DNA of 64,000 nt from a virus (taxonomy: Duplodnaviria; Caudoviricetes): the IMG/VR virus record IMGVR_UViG_3300031414_000005; one strand, 5' to 3'. A program made the position numbers and the translations under genes. Below, one piece after another: positions 62,616 through 64,000 of the stretch (position 1 is the stretch's first letter; each line of letters begins with the position of its first letter). The notes beneath the pieces were generated by a model that had not been told where the DNA came from, ran no database searches, and was given only the letters and a program-made list of their open reading frames with translations.

Positions 62616-63158
62616 GTGATGGGCTTATTTTCAGTTGGTAAATGGGTGAACAACCGCATGCTCAGGCGTAAGCTGGAGCAGTTGGAAACCACCATGGCTG
62701 ACCATCGAGTCAACCTCAATAATCAAAAGGCATTAGAAGGCCTATATGATCTGTCGGTAAACCTGGTGCATGTCCCCATTCGCAACCAATTGTTGTACGG
62801 TGAGACATTCACGTTGTATTCCCAAACCGCCGGCGAGTTCTTAACCCAACTCACCATGATTCGTCATTTCATTGAAACTGGAGAAATCGATCTCAGTAAA
62901 GTCACAAGCAGAAAAGCTCCTCACGACAGCACCATTTATGACTGGTGTACTTCTGAAGATAATTATATCCTGGACTTCTACGAGTTCATCGATAGTGTGC
63001 GTTCTGAGTTCCGCTACATAGTACAATTACTTTCAAAAGAGAATGAGCAGCATAAACGCATCCGACAACGCCTTAACCAGGGAACCGTCAGTTATGTTGT
63101 CGGTGAGCTACTGCGCGTGGCCCATCTGTATTTATCGCTCATGAAGAACAGCTTATAA
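62616..63158 (+). CDS. hypothetical protein
   Basis: GGAG+GTG start after an early promoter. Confidence 0.75.
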   Translation: MMGLFSVGKWVNNRMLRRKLEQLETTMADHRVNLNNQKALEGLYDLSVNLVHVPIRNQLLYGETFTLYSQTAGEFLTQLTMIRHFIETGEIDLSKVTSRKAPHDSTIYDWCTSEDNYILDFYEFIDSVRSEFRYIVQLLSKENEQHKRIRQRLNQGTVSYVVGELLRVAHLYLSLMKNSL

Positions 63159-63180
63159 TACAAACATAGGTAACCCTTTT

Positions 63181-63558
63181 ATGGACAAGAAAACCCCCCG
63201 TGAGAAAATGATTGATTTACTCAGTCATCCGCTGAAAGGTAGCACTGACACGACGGACATTCTTACGCGGATCTTTCGCATGATCCTGCAAGGCGAAGCC
63301 ATTACCCCGGACCGATGGAACCTCCTCATCGAACGTTACCTTCGCAAGATGGAAAACTTCCGGACATTGGACTCACACAAAGCAGGCACCATCCGTGGCA
63401 ACCTCAATAAAGCCTTTATTGAGAAACCCAAAATGACGTTTAACACGTTAAAGCGTGGTATTCAGTTTCTTGGCTTCGACGAAATGGAGATTGTGTTGCG
63501 GTTAAAGAAAGGCAACAAAGTTTCCGAGTACACCGAGAAAGTCAAGTTCAACAAATAA
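63181..63558 (+). CDS. hypothetical protein, possible HTH/Cro-like DNA-binding protein
   Basis: RGNL.KAF...KMTFNTLKRGIQFLG helical pattern. Confidence 0.55.
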   Translation: MDKKTPREKMIDLLSHPLKGSTDTTDILTRIFRMILQGEAITPDRWNLLIERYLRKMENFRTLDSHKAGTIRGNLNKAFIEKPKMTFNTLKRGIQFLGFDEMEIVLRLKKGNKVSEYTEKVKFNK

Positions 63559-63574
63559 TGGTATGCCCAGGATG

Positions 63575-63620
63575 AGTCAGACTGCTTCGGCGGTCTGACT
63601 TCCTTCTGCTTTATTTTTTT
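63575..63620 (+). terminator. intrinsic terminator
   Basis: AGTCAGACTGC-TTCG-GCGGTCTGACT followed by a T-rich tract. Confidence 0.8.
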
Positions 63621-63639
63621 TGGTTTCGGAGTCGCAATC

Positions 63640-64000
63640 ATGACGGATTTTGCCAGTTCCATTTTTGACCTGCCGGGGAAGCTCTTAACCAGCGATCTCA
63701 GCAACGGATTGTCCTCTGCCATGAAAGGGGCTCAGGATCTTGCCAACACCACCCTGGACAAAGCCAGTGGCACATTTAACAGTGTCGCCAAAGACACGCT
63801 GGCGTTAGTGGATAAAGAATCCCTGGCGGCCACTACACAGCTGACCAATTTCATTGACCAACAGCGCGGGTTACTCAGTCAGACCCTGGACAAGCTTAAA
63901 AACGGGTCGGTGAACCTCAGCACCATTGCCCAAGCCGTGGATTTTAAAGACGGTTTGAAAGTTGATAAGGATGTATTACTGAACCGCGTGAGCTCTGCGC
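63640..64000 (+). CDS. hypothetical, probably virion protein (partial, runs off window end)
   Basis: Hand translation MTDFASSIFDLPGKLLTSDLSNGLSSAMKG...; GGAG RBS. Confidence 0.6.
   Translation, partial: MTDFASSIFDLPGKLLTSDLSNGLSSAMKGAQDLANTTLDKASGTFNSVAKDTLALVDKESLAATTQLTNFIDQQRGLLSQTLDKLKNGSVNLSTIAQAVDFKDGLKVDKDVLLNRVSSA

Noticed and set aside
1-64000. Stop-codon reassignment, tRNA genes, integrase or transposase
   Set aside because: Genes are long and tightly packed in the standard code and end in TAA, TGA and TAG; no cloverleaf or recombinase motifs were seen by eye.

Overview
A 64 kb segment of a phiKZ-like (nucleus-forming, Chimalliviridae-type) jumbo phage genome. This assignment rests on a split virion RNA polymerase beta C-terminal subunit, a phiKZ-type UvsX/RecA, RNase H, an SF2 helicase and paralogous virion proteins, plus phiKZ-type TATTAC early and TATG late promoter motifs. 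About 110 densely packed, mostly + strand genes are present. They include nucleotide metabolism genes (thyA, tdk, dut), a tail fibre module (repeat-rich fibre, chaperone, LamG and RCC1-like proteins, four paralogous structural proteins) and a long accessory region of small hypotheticals. The accessory region holds a likely anti-defence/host-takeover set: an ART-fold protein, NADAR, a macrodomain, a gp49/gp66 (Acb4-like) sponge domain, an orphan QueC-like enzyme, two GNATs and a metallophosphoesterase. No tRNA, rRNA, CRISPR array or integrase was seen. The strongest unexplained signals are: (i) a highly structured non-coding locus at about 43.75-44.17 kb followed by a small hydrophobic ORF with a sequestered RBS; (ii) a family of small proteins sharing a KRRKxx(L/M)KxH(K/R) C-terminal tail; (iii) stand-alone microproteins made of one tail fibre repeat; and (iv) a two-class bipartite early promoter. 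All family assignments come from motif recognition by eye, not database searches.
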